This document shows, piece after piece, positions 33,933 to 48,175 of a DNA stretch of 64,000 nt. Position 1 is the first letter of the stretch, and every line of letters starts with the position of its first letter. Position numbers and translations under genes: made by a program. The notes under the pieces are model-generated. The model was not told where the DNA came from and searched no databases. It saw only the letters and a list, made by a program, of their open reading frames with translations. The DNA comes from Klebsormidium nitens (lineage: Eukaryota > Plantae > Klebsormidiophyceae), in contig DF237414.1 of NCBI GenBank assembly GCA_000708835.1, forward strand, positions 10,281 to 74,280, written 5' to 3'.

Positions 33933-36917
33933 ATGCTGACTTGTAAGCAGCATTGTCAGGGGACAACATTGGCCTTTTCCGGCAGCACTTTTCATGTTGG
34001 CCGTGAGAGGGAAACTGAGGTGCTGAGGAAGAGATCTAAAGGCTTTGGCAGCTGGCAAAGTGGGGCAAAGCATACACATATGCAAAGAACCCTGGCGTCT
34101 TCTGGAGGAGGTGAACTTCAATCCCCTTTTGAAGCAGCACGGAGCCTGCCTCCAAACCCTTGCAGGTCAAAGAATCCATGTACCCTTGCTTTTTACGTCG
34201 GTAATGTCTGTTTTTGGGGGCGAAAGAATGTTTCGACGCCAACGGAAGCTTCGGGGCTTGAACTCTATTTCCTAAAGCTATATAAGTCTCCACGCGTCTG
34301 CCTCATGGCTTAGCGGAAGCAAACCTCTCCAAGCCCAAGCAAACAGGAAACAACGACGACTTGTCATTGCCTGCTTACCCATCCCCCACTCTTACCACAT
34401 GCTGTTCGCACACCTCTTGAGCTGAAGGCCTACCTTCTCTTGTATTGATCACAAGATACTCCCTCAGATTGTCAATACTCGATTCTAAGATTCGTTGTTT
34501 TAGCGTACAATGTAGGCAACGCTGGCTCTACATATCCAGGACAAGCAAATGCTGAACAGAAGTCAGACCTCTACAAGGAACAGGCAGCCGCTTACATCAA
34601 ATGGCGGCCGACGTATCCAGCGACTTTCTTGCAGTGAGTGTTCACCAGCAGTTCTTTTTCTTGCCCCCCTCGTCAAGAAAGATGTCTAACTAGAGTGCTT
34701 TGAGAAACAACTTGCCCTTGAGATTCCTTGTCTATATGTGATACAGGTTCTGGAAGTGCTCCATATGCCAATTGTTGATATGTTTGGAAGTTACTCCTCT
34801 TATTGAGATCAAAGAGTATGAAGCTCGTTTGACACTTTAGACCTGTCGTCTGAATACTGCCTGTACTGCGAATCTCATTAGAGTGCAGCAGCTCAGCTTC
34901 AGCCCAGTACTCTTCTGCAATATGTCTGCCCATTCTTGCCTGTGTAGTTGCCAGGAAGAGTCCTTCAGTCTGAAAGAGCTTGGCAAGTTGAGACTTCATG
35001 GACAAGGCAGGCATCATGCGGCATAAAACACACGCCTAATAGTCGTGCCAGAGAAACAGCAACGTTATCCAATTCACGTGTCATCCATTCTACTATTCAC
35101 CGCAATGCGTGATTCAAACTACTGTGTGATTGGAAGAACCGAAACATTGTAGAAGTAGTGCTCCCGGTAAGCAGCAACGCTCGCTTTTGTTGAATCAGTG
35201 TGTCCATCGTTGCTTTTCAGAGTCTTGCACAGGAGAGTGGATTTGGGTTTCCTCAGAGGGTTTCTGCGTACCTCTCAATGTCAGACCCGATCGCATTCCT
35301 TCTTCTAAAGGTGACTCCAAATCTTGCCGCTTCCTTCGCCTTTCATTCGGGGCCCCGCAGAACCTGAGCCATCCGACGTCCCCCTGGATGATTGAACTTC
35401 CATTTCTCAAACAGTGCGTCCAAAAGTGTGAGCTTTCGAAGAAGGCGATACCAAACCTTCTTTACTATCAAACGTTCGCAGAGGCTTGGCGAAATTAGCA
35501 CCGGCTCGCGAGTTGCTGTGGGACGTGGGCACGGGGAGCGGCCAGGCCGCCGTCGGACTCGCGCCGCATTTCGACCGAGTGGTGGCCACTGACGTCAGCC
35601 CCTGGCAGCTGGCGCAGGCGCCACGTGTCTCCAACGTGACGTACATAGTGACATCAGCGGAGATGGGCACGGAGGAGCTGGCTGAGGTGCGCGTTGCAGA
35701 CGCAATCGACTTATTGCCCGTGGTTCAGCAGTGTTATCCGGAATCTCGAAGGTGGCTTTACTTTTACTGAGCAGAGACTTAAATGACGTAGGAACAAACC
35801 TTGAAGATGATGAGAGATCATGGCGTCGAATTTTGAAAATTCAATTTTCGCTCAAGCTCCCCTGCTGTAGGCGTTCCACGTCTCCAGAAAGCGCGGCTCT
35901 TGGGTCGCCTAGACTCGATTGATTGTGAGAAATGGTGTTCTGATCCCCTCATGTCCGGTCTGCTTCTCTATGATTCTCTTTGGACGTCCGAAGTCCGCGG
36001 CCGTTGCGAGCATTTTTCCGGGAGCGTGCTCGAACCGAGAGCTTCGGTTGCTAGCATTCTTTCATGAGAACTTTCTGAATGGCAGCGAAGCAGAGAACTC
36101 TCATTCTGAGGCACCAGTCTTCAGGACCCACCTCGAACCACGGCTGCGCATATCGTCAGGGCAACGATTGATTGTTGAGTTAGCCTCGGCGTTTACGCAA
36201 ATCGATTTTCCGTTATCAACGACCTCACTCACAATCCAGCTACCAATCACCTGCAACACGAACCACGTTCTCTCCTCCGGTTCTGAACGGATGCTTGCTT
36301 CTGACCATTCTCTCTCGACACCTGACCGCATATTCACTTATCTGCTTAACACAGGTGCAAACACAATCATAACTCCTTGCAGATGAACCTCAGCCGTCGC
36401 TTTGCAGGTCCTCGGCGGCCTCGCCACCGTCGATCTGATCACCGTCGCCTCCGCGCTCCACTTTTTCGACGTCCACAAAATGACCCAACAGGCGCTCGCC
36501 GCACTTAAACCCCTCGGGGTTTATGCGCCCTTCACGTACAACATGCCGGCGTTTGCGACGCCCCGGCTTGACGTGGCAATGGAAGCAATCCTGGTCGCTA
36601 TGGCAGGTCCTAATTACCGATTAGAGGCTGCGAAGCGCGAGTGTAATCCGCTAGATGGGTATAAGAACATGCACTTTCCGTTCGAGCCGGTCGAGGGGCG
36701 GACGGAAACGGAACCCCGGTTGACCCACATGCGGTTCGTGTGGCGGTTTGAGAACGTTGTTGGGTTTATGGAGAGTACGAGCTATGCAAAGCGGTTAGCG
36801 GAAATGCCGACCGGAAAAGAGCTTTTAAGGGAGCTCGAAGCGGCGTGGGTAGCGGGTGGGGAGGAGCAAGAGGTTGTGTTTAAGCTGTGGTCGAGAGTGG
36901 GCAGGAAGCCGAAGTGA
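33933..36917 (+). CDS. Class I SAM-dependent methyltransferase (Methyltransf_11, DDB_G0268948/embryo-abundant-like), about 328 aa with a possible transit peptide
   Basis: Exons 33933-34110 (least certain), 34540-34633, 35482-35686, 36408-36917 in frame. Motifs LYKEQAAAYIKWRPTYP, motif I LLWDVGTGSGQAAVGLA, VVATDVSPWQL, VDLITVASALHFFD. Confidence 0.85.
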
Positions 36918-37951
36918 CCGCTGTACGTTAGTTGACCAGTTGACTATTGTTGGGTAACGGGGGTTGTAAGTTCGCCCGATCCGGCTTGTGACCGACAAGG
37001 ACGCCGTCGGACCACCCCAAATGAAAGCTGCTTCAAGTCAAAGCACGCGGCCATGGCTCTGAAAACAACACTTCCGTTCCCTGCTATATGCGTGGAAGGA
37101 GTTGTGAGAAAAGACAAAGCATTTGTATGCTTACTTATACTAAGCTCAAGGTACACGTTGCAGATCCCGCTTCTTTCAACGATCTCAGTGTGCATGCTTC
37201 CAAATAGTGTTAATCACAGGAACTCACTCACTTGCGCATGATTTGGAAGGCCGGCCTTGTGTTTAAGTGAGCGGCTTGGAAGCGGCTTGTTGAAGTGTAC
37301 ACTGTGGAAGTGACGGTCGGCCAGCTGAAACTTAGATTCCTCGTGCTGTATATTGTACCGGCCGGCTACGTACGGTACTGTTGCATGGTCGCCCATGCAG
37401 CTGTATTGATTATAATGGATTCGATCGAGGATTGATAACCGCCGGCCAGTGCCAGCCGCCGCGCGATGAAACGCATTGATTGATGTTTGTTGTGAAGTCT
37501 CGGACTTTTCGTCCATGCATATATACGGCTCAAATCCATGGCTGACTTGCAGATTGATGAAAAGCGTATATATATGTACGTATACGAATAATCCACCACA
37601 GACTTACGAACTACTGAAACGCGCATATTACCAACTACATGACAGCGACAGGCAATTCAATGAATTGTTCTGGAAGTCAGGGATTCATCATCAGGTTCTT
37701 TCAGATTCTTACAAACCGTCTGCTTCGCGGCTTCACAGTCTGCTGCACTGCTATAGTCCAGCTTAAGTCGTCTGCCGACAAGGGTTGCTATCGATACGAT
37801 CATGGAAGTGTCAACATTTGTCGAAAAAGTGGCTTCTGAAGACTGGGCAACCGCAAACAAGAATATTTCACTACATTCTGCCCACTAGGTGACGGTCTGA
37901 CCCGTTCGGTAAAGGCTCCTATCGTGACCCTATCACGTTTCTCTCCACTCT

Positions 37952-39080
37952 TCAACCTTGTGTCGCGTTCCCTCCTTGCCTTTGCCCCAGTTTCCTGTGC
38001 TGGTCTTTCTGATACTGCACATATCCATACATTACCCCTGTGGCTATTAAAAGAAGGATCCCAAACGCCCGCCGAACGTACTGAAACAGTTTTCCCTTGG
38101 GCCCTAAGACCGGGTGCGAATCTGGATACACGACTCCAGTAGTACACATGAAGATTCCAGAAAGGGTCCAAATGACAGTGAGGGGAGTCAGCGGGTAGAG
38201 GAGCATCCTCATGAACCAGGAGCGGGGCGCAGCTTCCACCGGGACGCTTGGGGCAACATCGGAAGGGCTCTGTAAAGAAGTTGAGAGAAGATGCTGAGGC
38301 TGTGGATCGGAACTCGAGCATTCAGCTGCCTTTGCATGATTGGACTGGGAGTCGATCAGCCCTTTTGGGGCGGTTCGTAGGAGCTCTTGGGGCTACAAAG
38401 CACAAAAAGTTCAGGCACTAGAGACCTTTTCATAGGCAGTAAAGAGAGATGAGTATTTGCTAGTGGGGGCCTTTGAAGTTGCTGCCGTGGAGAGTAAGGA
38501 GGGGAATGTGAGCTAGCCGGTGTCGCATGGAGCTGGCTTACAAAAGCAGGGACCATAAATGGCTTATGCTTCTGATGAAGAACAGACTAAACGACTGGCC
38601 ATTTGGATATAATAGCAACATGATTGCCAGCGTCTTTCGTAGCAAGCTGCGCATCATAGCTGCACGTTTGCTGGGGACCCAGACTGGACTGCTCGCACAG
38701 CACAAAATGCAAAAGGTAGCTTGAGGCCTAAAATCAGGTCACCTTGCTCAGTTATAACAAGTTTTACCAGTAATGACGACGTGACAAAGAGCTCATGGGC
38801 TGTGCAACAATACTCTGAGGAAATCGTAGATTGGGCTTTTGCCCATTGCAGAGGCGGGACACGTGACGAAAATCCTCCGTGGCAGATTGTACTGGTAATC
38901 TTCTTTCGTCAGCATTTCTTGAATAGCGAGATTTGGGAGACTGCAGGACCTCGAGCTCACCGTTTCGACGTTCTTGCTCTTTTTCGACGCCTTCCCCTTC
39001 TTGCTTGCCTTGGTTGCCTCAGAAGCAGAGGACGAACTGAGACGCCTCTGAACTTCCCGCCCTGATCTGGTGAGCACCAT
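37952..39080 (-). CDS. Small hypothetical membrane protein, about 145 aa, basic N-terminus and two predicted TM helices
   Basis: Exon 38961-39080 (MVLTRSGREVQRR...KNVET|GTGAG) joins in phase 0 to exon 37952-38269 (TTTACAG|SPSDVAP...). Hydrophobic segments LLYPLTPLTVIWTLSGIFMC and AFGILLLIATGVMYGYV. No family recognised. Confidence 0.6.
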
Positions 39081-39737
39081 GGTCACTTTTGGACGTAATG
39101 AGCTGAATCGTTAGCTCAGGAAAATATTTGGAAGCTGGGGCGAGGAAAAAGCTAAGCGAGTCTCTGACACGCCGGCAGGTGTCAGCCACAACAAAGTGGA
39201 CGTCAGCTGTAAAAAGCAGAGCTGCAGTGAAGCTCCTGTGCTGCCACCCTCTTTATTTCGTTTTGCTTTGAAACCACTTGCGCCACAGGAGCCTATCCAG
39301 AATGTTGCTGTCAGTAGTTGAGCTGGTTGCTCAGCAATCAATTCAAGCTGCTTGCATTGTGTAGAAGACCCGTTAGGTGCCAGCGGAGTACGGTAGTATG
39401 TACCGTCTGGCTCCCTTGCGACCAATCTTGCAGGAAAGAGGCGAGCTAGCTGGACATGATCTGCCATGCCCTCGTGAGCACAGAAAATTTATTGATGGAT
39501 CACGGTGTGGTGCAGCAGAATCTATCTGTTTGGTTCATGCCGGCTAACCTGCGTAAGAAACGCGCGCAACGACGTATGCCAGGAATTTGAAACCGTCGAT
39601 ATGACGGCAATCGACGGTACGGATCGCTAGCTGCCAAGCATGGTCCCAGAATACGCTTAGGCTCTGCCCGCGGCATATGCGCGGGCAGCCCGCGGCCGGC
39701 CGCCCACTTTATACATACCTTGGTGCCCCGCATACGT

Positions 39738-40107
39738 CAACATCATTAAACCACCACCCGCGGTATTTAATCGGCCGAAGTGGTCGGGAGTCTCGCCAAC
39801 GGTCACCGGAATACGAATTTCGGTCGAGGGCGCACGATCTGAATTCCATCAAAATTGACCTTATGCGAGGGCAAAACAGACGCATTTCTTCATCTTTTTC
39901 GGCGATTTCACTTCGCATAGCTCAGGTACAGTCATCCAAGAATGGTCAGATCGAAACCGCCGTTCGAAACGATGCAAAATGACTCATTTTGAGGGTGTTC
40001 TGGCATTTCTCGTATACATGCGCCATCGCGAAATTTCAAGTTCCGAAACTTGACTTTGGCAATCCTGACACCCAGGAGTATTTATACCGCGGGTGGTGGA
40101 TTGTTGA
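39738..40107. repeat. Inverted-repeat-bounded unit of about 350-370 bp (possible decayed MITE)
   Basis: CCACCACCCGCGGTAT at 39751-39766 and its exact reverse complement at 40084-40099, with an imperfect outward extension (TCAACA...). No clear TSD. Confidence 0.45.
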
Positions 40108-40494
40108 ACCTCAAAGCTCGTGCGTACTAGATTCAGCCCGGCGATCCGTCATGCACTGAGTTGCAAGCTAAAGTTCATAGTGAATTTCATGCCTGTAAAG
40201 CCGAATTCTGCGGGCAAAATAAGGTTATGCAGATATGCGCCGCCATCAGACATGCACTCAGCTCGGCACGCGCAACCCATTTCGGCCAGGTCACTAGCCG
40301 CCATCAATGTACGCATTGATTACACATCGGTACCGGTACACGTCGCAGCATCCACGTTGCATGTTGCCAACATTGTGTTGAATGTCAGAAAAGGTGTTTA
40401 CCAAAAAAAGTCCTCTCTTCTATTTAACCGTTTCCTTTCTTGAATGTATGTATGGTTGATAGGCAGCACTCTCCTGCCAAAAGTTTCAGTCGAA

Positions 40495-43400
40495 TCATCT
40501 GAGGTTGCAAAGCCGGGGTCGGTCGCACAGCTGTTGGCCGTGCCTCTTGATGAAGGAGAAGGTGAAATATGCGAAACCAATGTACAAGAAGGCCCAAGCA
40601 AAGTACTGCACGTTCAAGTTTGTGATGCCTGCACCAATCAAAGCGGCAAAGTCAGGAGGATTCCCTGGTTTTCTCCGACCAAAAACACCCGGAAGCTTGT
40701 TTCGCAAAGACTTTTGCCAACGTCCTTCCAACTTCGCTGTGTGCCAGAGGCAATCGGTGCTTGTATTTCTCATGATTGAGATCAAAGAAGACAAATATCA
40801 ATGGAATGGACGAGAGTCTGGTTGAGAGTGAGCTCCAACACAAACGGAGTCTGAAACCAAATCATGAAGTGAATGCACAATGAGCGCTCGGCAGAACGTC
40901 TCGCTCACGAGAATTCACAACGGCTCACAGGAGCTCATGACCGGTCGAAAGAGCTTAAGACGTACCTCGTGTGGCATTCCAGATGGCCAGAGTTGCGGTC
41001 GCGATGAGGCCCGTCAGCACGAGGGGCGTCCACTGCAGGGAGGGAAAAGTTCCACAAACTGAGGTTCAAAAGTTTCTCAAAGGTTTTTAAGGAAGATATG
41101 TAGGGTGTAGTCGGCTACAAGAGGGGCCAGGAATGTATGACCAAGCATTCAACAGACATGGACAGCGTGAAGCCAATAATGGAGCTCAAGAGTTACTCCC
41201 GCGATACGTCCAGCACCGTCCAGCACCAGAGGGGCTGCCTATCAAGCTGAATTCCCATTGTCGGACATGAAGTACGACCAAAGCGACGTTCGGCGTGTGT
41301 GGGAGCGCTTACCACTGTCAAGTTTCCGCCTCTCAGAGGAGGGGAGTCGTCCGTCACGGTGTAGTGCCCAGTCACCAGGTCCAAGGCGTCCTGTTGAGAC
41401 AAGAGGTCACGAACTTAAAGAGGAAGTGGGGGAAAACCAGATCGCAGAGACATTCTGCCTAAATCAACAGGAGTACAAGAACGATACCAGATTAGAGGTA
41501 GGAGAGAATTGGAACAAATCTTGACTGCCGCACGAAAGGCTCAACGAGTATTTGATTCGGACCAAGTCTTCTTCGTCTGTCATGTGTCTAGCAAAAACAG
41601 GATGATACGCAGACTTTGTTGTAAGCTTGACGCCTTTTCAGCTCTGAACGCCGCCAGCAAAGCAGTAAATTCCAGAACGCTGGTTAGAATGTGGTTCTGA
41701 CGATGTGACCGTACCTGTCGGTGGCCGTCAGTGAAGTTGTTGTAGTAGTACCGCGTGAGCGCATTCACACCGTCCTGGAGCAGCCCCCGGAAGCTACGGG
41801 TTCCGTACCTGCACTCAAAATGCGGATGCTTACGTTTCTGCCAACCCGACAGGAATGGATGGCGGCAAAATGATACGATGCATAGACCCTAAGAGGGCTT
41901 GTGAGACGAAGAACATCCGACCTCTTTGAATCTTTGCTGCTCCGTTTCTGCGCTTCGTTCGTCTTTTGCGCGGTTCTTCAAGTGCGTCTGTTAGCATGAA
42001 GCGTTCCCCTGTTGAAATGCTAGGACTGCTACCTTCCCAGCTGATTGAACCCTAGCAACCGCTGTCACCTAATCAGCACGGAAGCAATCTTACCTCACGA
42101 AGTCGCCCTTCAAGGCGCCTGTCCCGGCGTACTGCAGGCTGATTGCATCCCCATGGTCTGCCCAAACTGCATCATAAGATAAAGAAACAGATCAGATGTA
42201 CGGATGTGCGAAATCATGAGAAAGCGCATATCAAATCAGGCGATACAAGGAGACTACAGGATGATCATACCTGGGCGGTAGATGTCCGCCACACGAAATT
42301 TAGGAGCACTTAGGAGCGCAGACATTTGGGGCCGTAAAGCTCCCGAAAACAGACAACTTCGACGAGCAAACGTTCGCCGGCACATGGTAAGGGTCTCGCA
42401 CTCTTGCTTATGAGAGACCTTACAAAGAAACGAGTATGTTCTGCGTCTCCCCTTCTGGTAGCCGTGAATGAGCGAGCCAAATGTAATACGGCCGGCTCTG
42501 AGCGGACGTCCGGAGTGGTTTTTCCAGAGTGACTCGAAACACCATCCGCCAGACAAGCTAAGACGTACGACACGCATGTAACTAACAGAAGCCATGACGA
42601 GAAGGCAAACAGCGACAGCAGCGACGAGATCGACAAGGGTGCTCAACAGTCATCACTCACGGATCTTGTACTGCACGTCAAACGTGGGATGAGCCGCCAC
42701 GATCTCGCTCTCGCTGAAGACGCCCAGTCGGAACAGCTGCGCTTCCAACGCCTTCCTAGCCAGGACGCTCTGTGCAACAAAATCGAATTTTTGAAAAAGA
42801 AGAAGCAAAACGGCTTTGCCCAGCTAGTGCCGGCGAATCGGATCCTGGAGTTTGAGTATTAAGAGGTGTGAGTGTTCTAAGCAATCTGAGGTGCACGTGA
42901 CATGGATACCGTCAGAGGCTGGCTCGCAGCCCCGCAGCTAATGGCATTAACGGCCTTTGTGGTCATTGTTAGGACCCAGCTCGACGAAAGCTCGCCGCAA
43001 AGAGACACACAACAGAGTATGGAATGCTATCACTTACAAGCGCGTTCCTATAAAATAACTGTATTTTAATACGGACTGGCAACAGACGAATTGATACTCC
43101 TACAATCCGAGAAGCTGACTTGTAAAGGCGAATGACAACCGTCAACTCTAGCGACGCATAACAGGCTGTCACCCACTGGTGAGAAACTCTCAGCCACTAT
43201 TCGCCTCAGGCCCGGCGCAAATCAGCAGTGGTATCAGACTTGCTTACCTGGAACACGTTGGTTCTGTCCAGGCAGTCGATGCAGTTGGTCCTGACGACGC
43301 CCTTCTGCAGCTGGAGCACCTCGCCGTTGTCGCGGGCCAGGAAGTACCTGCAATTGCAAGCCGCGCTGTCAATCTTCGTTCCGATTGAACGACTTTGCAT

Positions 43401-46400
43401 TGAAGTACGCACTGCGCTAGGTAAATGGCAACTTCACCAAGAGGATAGAGGTGACGGGCACACGGATGCACGATCTGATGTTGGCTCAATAATCTGCTGC
43501 ATGCAAATGTCGCAAAAAAAACCTGGCAATCAGAACATTGAGCAACTGTTGTCCTTGGATAGGGTAAAAAGCAGTGGCTTTTGCTACAGAGGGTCGATTT
43601 CGAAGTGACGTGCTTTCGTTGTTCCACGTTGGAATAAGAGGACTCTTTCCACGTTGGACTACCGGGGATCTTACAAAACTTACAAATGACCAGGTAAGAA
43701 GCTAGGCCTTCACAGAGCAGGCCCTGTTCAGCCCTCCAGCGTCGGAATCCCCCCCACAAATCATGCAAACGTCTAACGCTGAGAAGCTGGTCTCTCGCAG
43801 AGCAGGGCCTCTTCATCCGTCCAACTCACTTGTGCTCGCCCTCGACGGCGTCCCGGATCTTGGCCCACAGAATGTTGACCTTCTCAAAGTGCATGCGGCC
43901 GCACTCCTTGTGGAAGTCAAACGGCCAATACCTGCAAGAAGAATCCAAACTCATTGAGTTTAGAATGTAAAGTTCAGTACCTTCCCGTCGGGCTATGCCT
44001 ACATTGAAAGTACTGAAGCACACAAGAGAGCCGGCCAAGGAAAATATTGCGGACCTATATTGGACCGACTTAAGCTGCTTCGAGACTCAGGACGGCCCAC
44101 AGAAGCCTCTCAAACTAAGACGATCCGCCTCTTAAGTCTGTAAACCAATCAAAATGTCACAACTCGTGAGAATCTGCTCGTGACGAAATTTGGAAAAGCT
44201 TCAAGAACGAGACTGGAAATTGGCTACAACCTTAACGCCAGCCGGCTAGGGTGGCCTTCGAAAAAGCTCAACAGGCCCCTTTCTTGCAATATAAGAAGCT
44301 AGGGAGCCGAGTCATCCATGAAGACAAAGAAGGGCGGGAGCCAGCTAAGAGACAAGCAGAACTTCTCAGGGGTTTCTCGCTCCAACACGGAGCTTCCAAA
44401 AATTTGCACTCACGAGACGGCAGCATTTGTTTCGCTGATGACCGCCATCTCCTTCTTGTAGGCAGAACCGAGAACCGCCTCCCCGCCTTTCTGCAAACGA
44501 AGAAGGTGGGGTTACCCAAAAGTTGACAAACGATCTGATTGCACGGCATCGCGACTTTTACGCTGATTGAAACGTATAATCGGGTAGAAAGGCGACCACT
44601 GTTCCCGACGTCCCAAGCTCCACAGGCTACTTATCAATCAACGTAAGAATTCTTTGATGTATGACGTTCAGCAACTACAAAGCCCGCTGCGCACGTTACT
44701 GGTCGCCAGTATTGAGACCACGTAGGCAAACTTGTTGCGACAATGGGGCCAATCTGGCACCTTTTAGGCGCCGAAAAGTAAGTTCGGAGTAGGCCCCTTT
44801 GGTATCAACCATACTCACGCGAACAGGTGGCACGTTGTTCTTCGGAAACCCGTGCTTGGAGATTGGTTGAAAGCAGCGCATGTTTTAGACCAGCGGAGTC
44901 GGGTTTGGAAACTTGCCTGGTTGACCAGATCAACGGCCACGATGCCGCCGTACGCCTTGCTCAACTTCTCGAAGTGCTGCTTGGCGACAGACATCTGAAA
45001 CAAGAGGTACAAAAAGTCAGCCGACTTGCCGGTATTACATATGGTAATAGGACGATATGTAAGCTGAGTGTGTGACCAGGTTCGAAAAAGGCCTGTGGTC
45101 CTCTGGAAGATACTAGACATGAGCAGTTTCGAACTCCTGCTTCAAGTTTACGTAAGTATCTCCACTTTAGATGCGGAAACAGAGCGAAGGTAAAAGACCT
45201 CGCAAAGCAAGTTCGCCGGTGCCGACGATATGATTAAATAATAGCTTCCTTGACTTTGTTTGATCGGCCAATTGCCAGACTAAGCCGGGCTTTCATCGAA
45301 TCGCGAAGTGCCCTCAGGTCTGCAATCAGAGTCAGAATCATGTCAGCGACCGAAAGTGACCGGGCCTGACTTGCAAATAGTAGGGCAACTCCTCGGCTCA
45401 GTGAGAGCTCGCAAAAGTGGAAACACAGGATCTGTATAGAAGATAGGTAACTTACGCTGGTACTGGTCTCCACCGTTCTGATCTTCGGCTTCCATTTCAG
45501 GTCCACCACCTGGTCCCAGAAGATAGGGATTGAGCCCCGGACCTGCATCAAAAAATCAGAGACGCTGGATCAGCTTCACCCTCAATGATGTCTTGGCAAA
45601 CAACAAAACGTGCGGGAACCTCAGGACGTCGGAAAACCCGTTGAAGATGCAATTCCTACAACTTCGCCTAATTATATCCGTTTTGATCGATAACAACGTG
45701 CCGCAATCTCACAGCTTCTAGATGCCCTGGCTGAAGCTGCAAGCAACCCCAACTCTTTCTTACTCGCAGACCCGTCCCCTTTGAGAATTGTTGCCTGGTT
45801 CCATTGACTCACTCGTCCCTTGCCGAAGCATGTGACCCTAAGTCGAGCCAAAGGAATCAGTCGGTTCCTCTCCAAAATGGGAGGTTAACAACATACCGGC
45901 ATCTTTGCTACTAAGTCGAAACGACGGCTTTGGGAGCATCGTCTCCCTGCCTACCTGGATGTATGACGCAACGTGGTTCGCAGTCAAGACGAGCTGCTCC
46001 GTCTCCACGAAGTTGGCCACGTTCCCGGCCTTGTCTGCCCCTCGCCTCCACATGCGAGTGCCAATCCGGTCCGAGCTCCTCCTTGCTATCAGGGTGAGAT
46101 CGAGCGCCTTGTTCTTGATGCCCTGCGCTTTCAGGGTCTGCACGCTACCTTGCATGATGGGGATGATGAACGGGTCCAACTGCAGAAGGGGAGTCAGTGG
46201 AATTGTTGAAAATCCATGATTTAAAAGACGGCAACAGGAACGTCAGGCAAACCTAGTCTTCCGGATTTACGCTCAGTGATATGTTTATGCAGACCTCGCC
46301 CAGACATGATCAATCTGCTTTCTTTATCTGGCAAGACTTGCCGGTGCCAAGTCGAAACAAATAGGACGACGTCGGCGAGAGTTAGAACACACGTGGAATG

Positions 46401-48175
46401 CAGAAGAAAGAAAGTCCAGTTAACCGCACTCACCCGTTTCTTGATGAGAGGTTCGACAAGGTAGCGGTTCCAGAAGAAGCGCGGCTCCGCCTGTACGGAC
46501 GCGGAAGAAAAGTTTGCGTTTGCATTCCGGATGAATTCCGGATGTCTCCAAGGAACCCCATTGTTCAGAGGGCCTTCCAAAAGACATCCTGCACTTCAAA
46601 TGTTCATGCAAAAGCAACAGGTTGTACTGACGGTGTGAAATGTTTTTTTGAAGCCTATCCAGAGCTTTCGTATTCAGGCAAGAACTCTTTCATATCAAAC
46701 TCACTCGTTCGGCCAAGGAATCGGAACTCTTCCTCAACTCCAGTGCGAATGTTCACTGACAAAGTTATTGACAAAGCATGAGCTTTCACCTTCCGATCCA
46801 ATATTTGTTTTAGCAAGTATTTGCAAGACGGTTAAGCCCGCAAAGAGGGTGAACAAACATGTTACTGGAACAGGAAACATAAAATATACTGGTAATATTG
46901 ACCGTAAGGACCAGCCAAAGGATCTCACTCGCTCATACTCCGGCTTTGCGAGGTCTTCCTTGTCAAGCGTGGCAAAGCTCTGTTGGCTGCAGCAACAGCC
47001 AAAAGATCCAGGTCAGATAAGAGGACTACTCTTACACTTGCTTCAATCACCCGGCAAAATCCACAGCAGCTTCAGACCAGTAATGCGCCACAGGCCTCAT
47101 GAGGGCAACATTGCATTTCGGAATGAATCAGTCAAGGAAACTGGCTGCGCATAGGCCAGCATGCAAGGCGTACTGTCTTACTTTAGTGTGATATCTCCCT
47201 GGGGCGAAAAGTACAGGCCTGGCGCCGCCAAAGCGTGTCGGAGCAGAGTCAAGTAGACTTCTTCGTCGTGTTTCTGGACACAGAGGACTTTGGCATAAGC
47301 TGCCTATCAACTCCAATACAAGAAGCTAAGCTTATAGATTGAGCTGCCTTTACTGAACATGCAAAGTTTTCCAAGCTGAAAAATGGATTGAATCAGTGAC
47401 TATGCACTATTCAAACCGAGGAATGCTCTGGAATGGTCACTCACTTGTGAAGAGGACAGCTGATCGCTGGAAGAAGAGCACTGCAGGATCCGTGTGCCTG
47501 TGATTTGGTACACCGGCTGCCCGCGCAGTGTTGCAACAAGCTCCCTGTTTGTGATCACAATAACGTACGTTCCTGCAGACAAGCAACTATCCCTTGTTGA
47601 CATTGCAGAGTGCGGAGGTCTACAAGTGGTGGTGAAGGCCAGCAAATCTCAAGCCGAGGTTTCCTTGGACTCTTAAGATACTACGAGTCAGAAAGACCAA
47701 TAAGGGCATGCACCTTGGATTGCACTTAAAATGAGGTTGATCAGCTTTTTATAGTTACTTGGTGTCATGAGATGCATTGGGGGACTGACCTGCAATCAAC
47801 TTGATCATGCCAACGACACCATACACCTTCTCTCCCTGCAGAGGCTCAGCAGGTACACCTGCAATCAAGCGTTACAATTGGCAGTAACACTCAGAGTGTG
47901 AATCAAAGCTAGGCTGAAGAAGGCACTCGATTGAGGCATGAGCTGAGCTGATGAGCTTCATGGTTTGATTGGGTGTCTTCAAACGTAAGCGTCCCTCATT
48001 AGATCGTCACGCTGCAGAAGGAAATTGCCCGTAGAAACTCACTCTTTGTTGACACATCTCCAGTCTTCCTATCCACAATCAGCGCCTGTGATGGGGATCC
48101 GTTTGCAGCTTTCAGGACAAAGCTGCTCGGGCTCTCCTCAAGGTAGAATTGTGCGTGCAGAGTGTCGCCGCCCAT
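40495..48175 (-). CDS. SAC8: SAC1-family phosphoinositide phosphatase (plant SAC6/7/8 clade, most like SAC8), about 586 aa
   Basis: 18 exons: 48043-48175, 47790-47858, 47445-47572, 47182-47273, 46929-46986, 46434-46490, 45955-46179, 45456-45542, 44917-44994, 44414-44490, 43830-43931, 43248-43347, 42661-42769, 42094-42166, 41715-41808, 41313-41390, 40966-41032, 40495-40628, summing to 1761 nt in frame. Motifs [39 protein letters not shown], catalytic CX5[37 protein letters not shown]; two C-terminal TM helices ending [11 protein letters not shown]. Confidence 0.93.

Noticed and set aside
40966-47000. Weak echo-like matches in SAC introns (about 41235, 44710, 46700)
   Set aside because: Matches of about 12-15 nt with several mismatches are not distinguishable from chance by eye.
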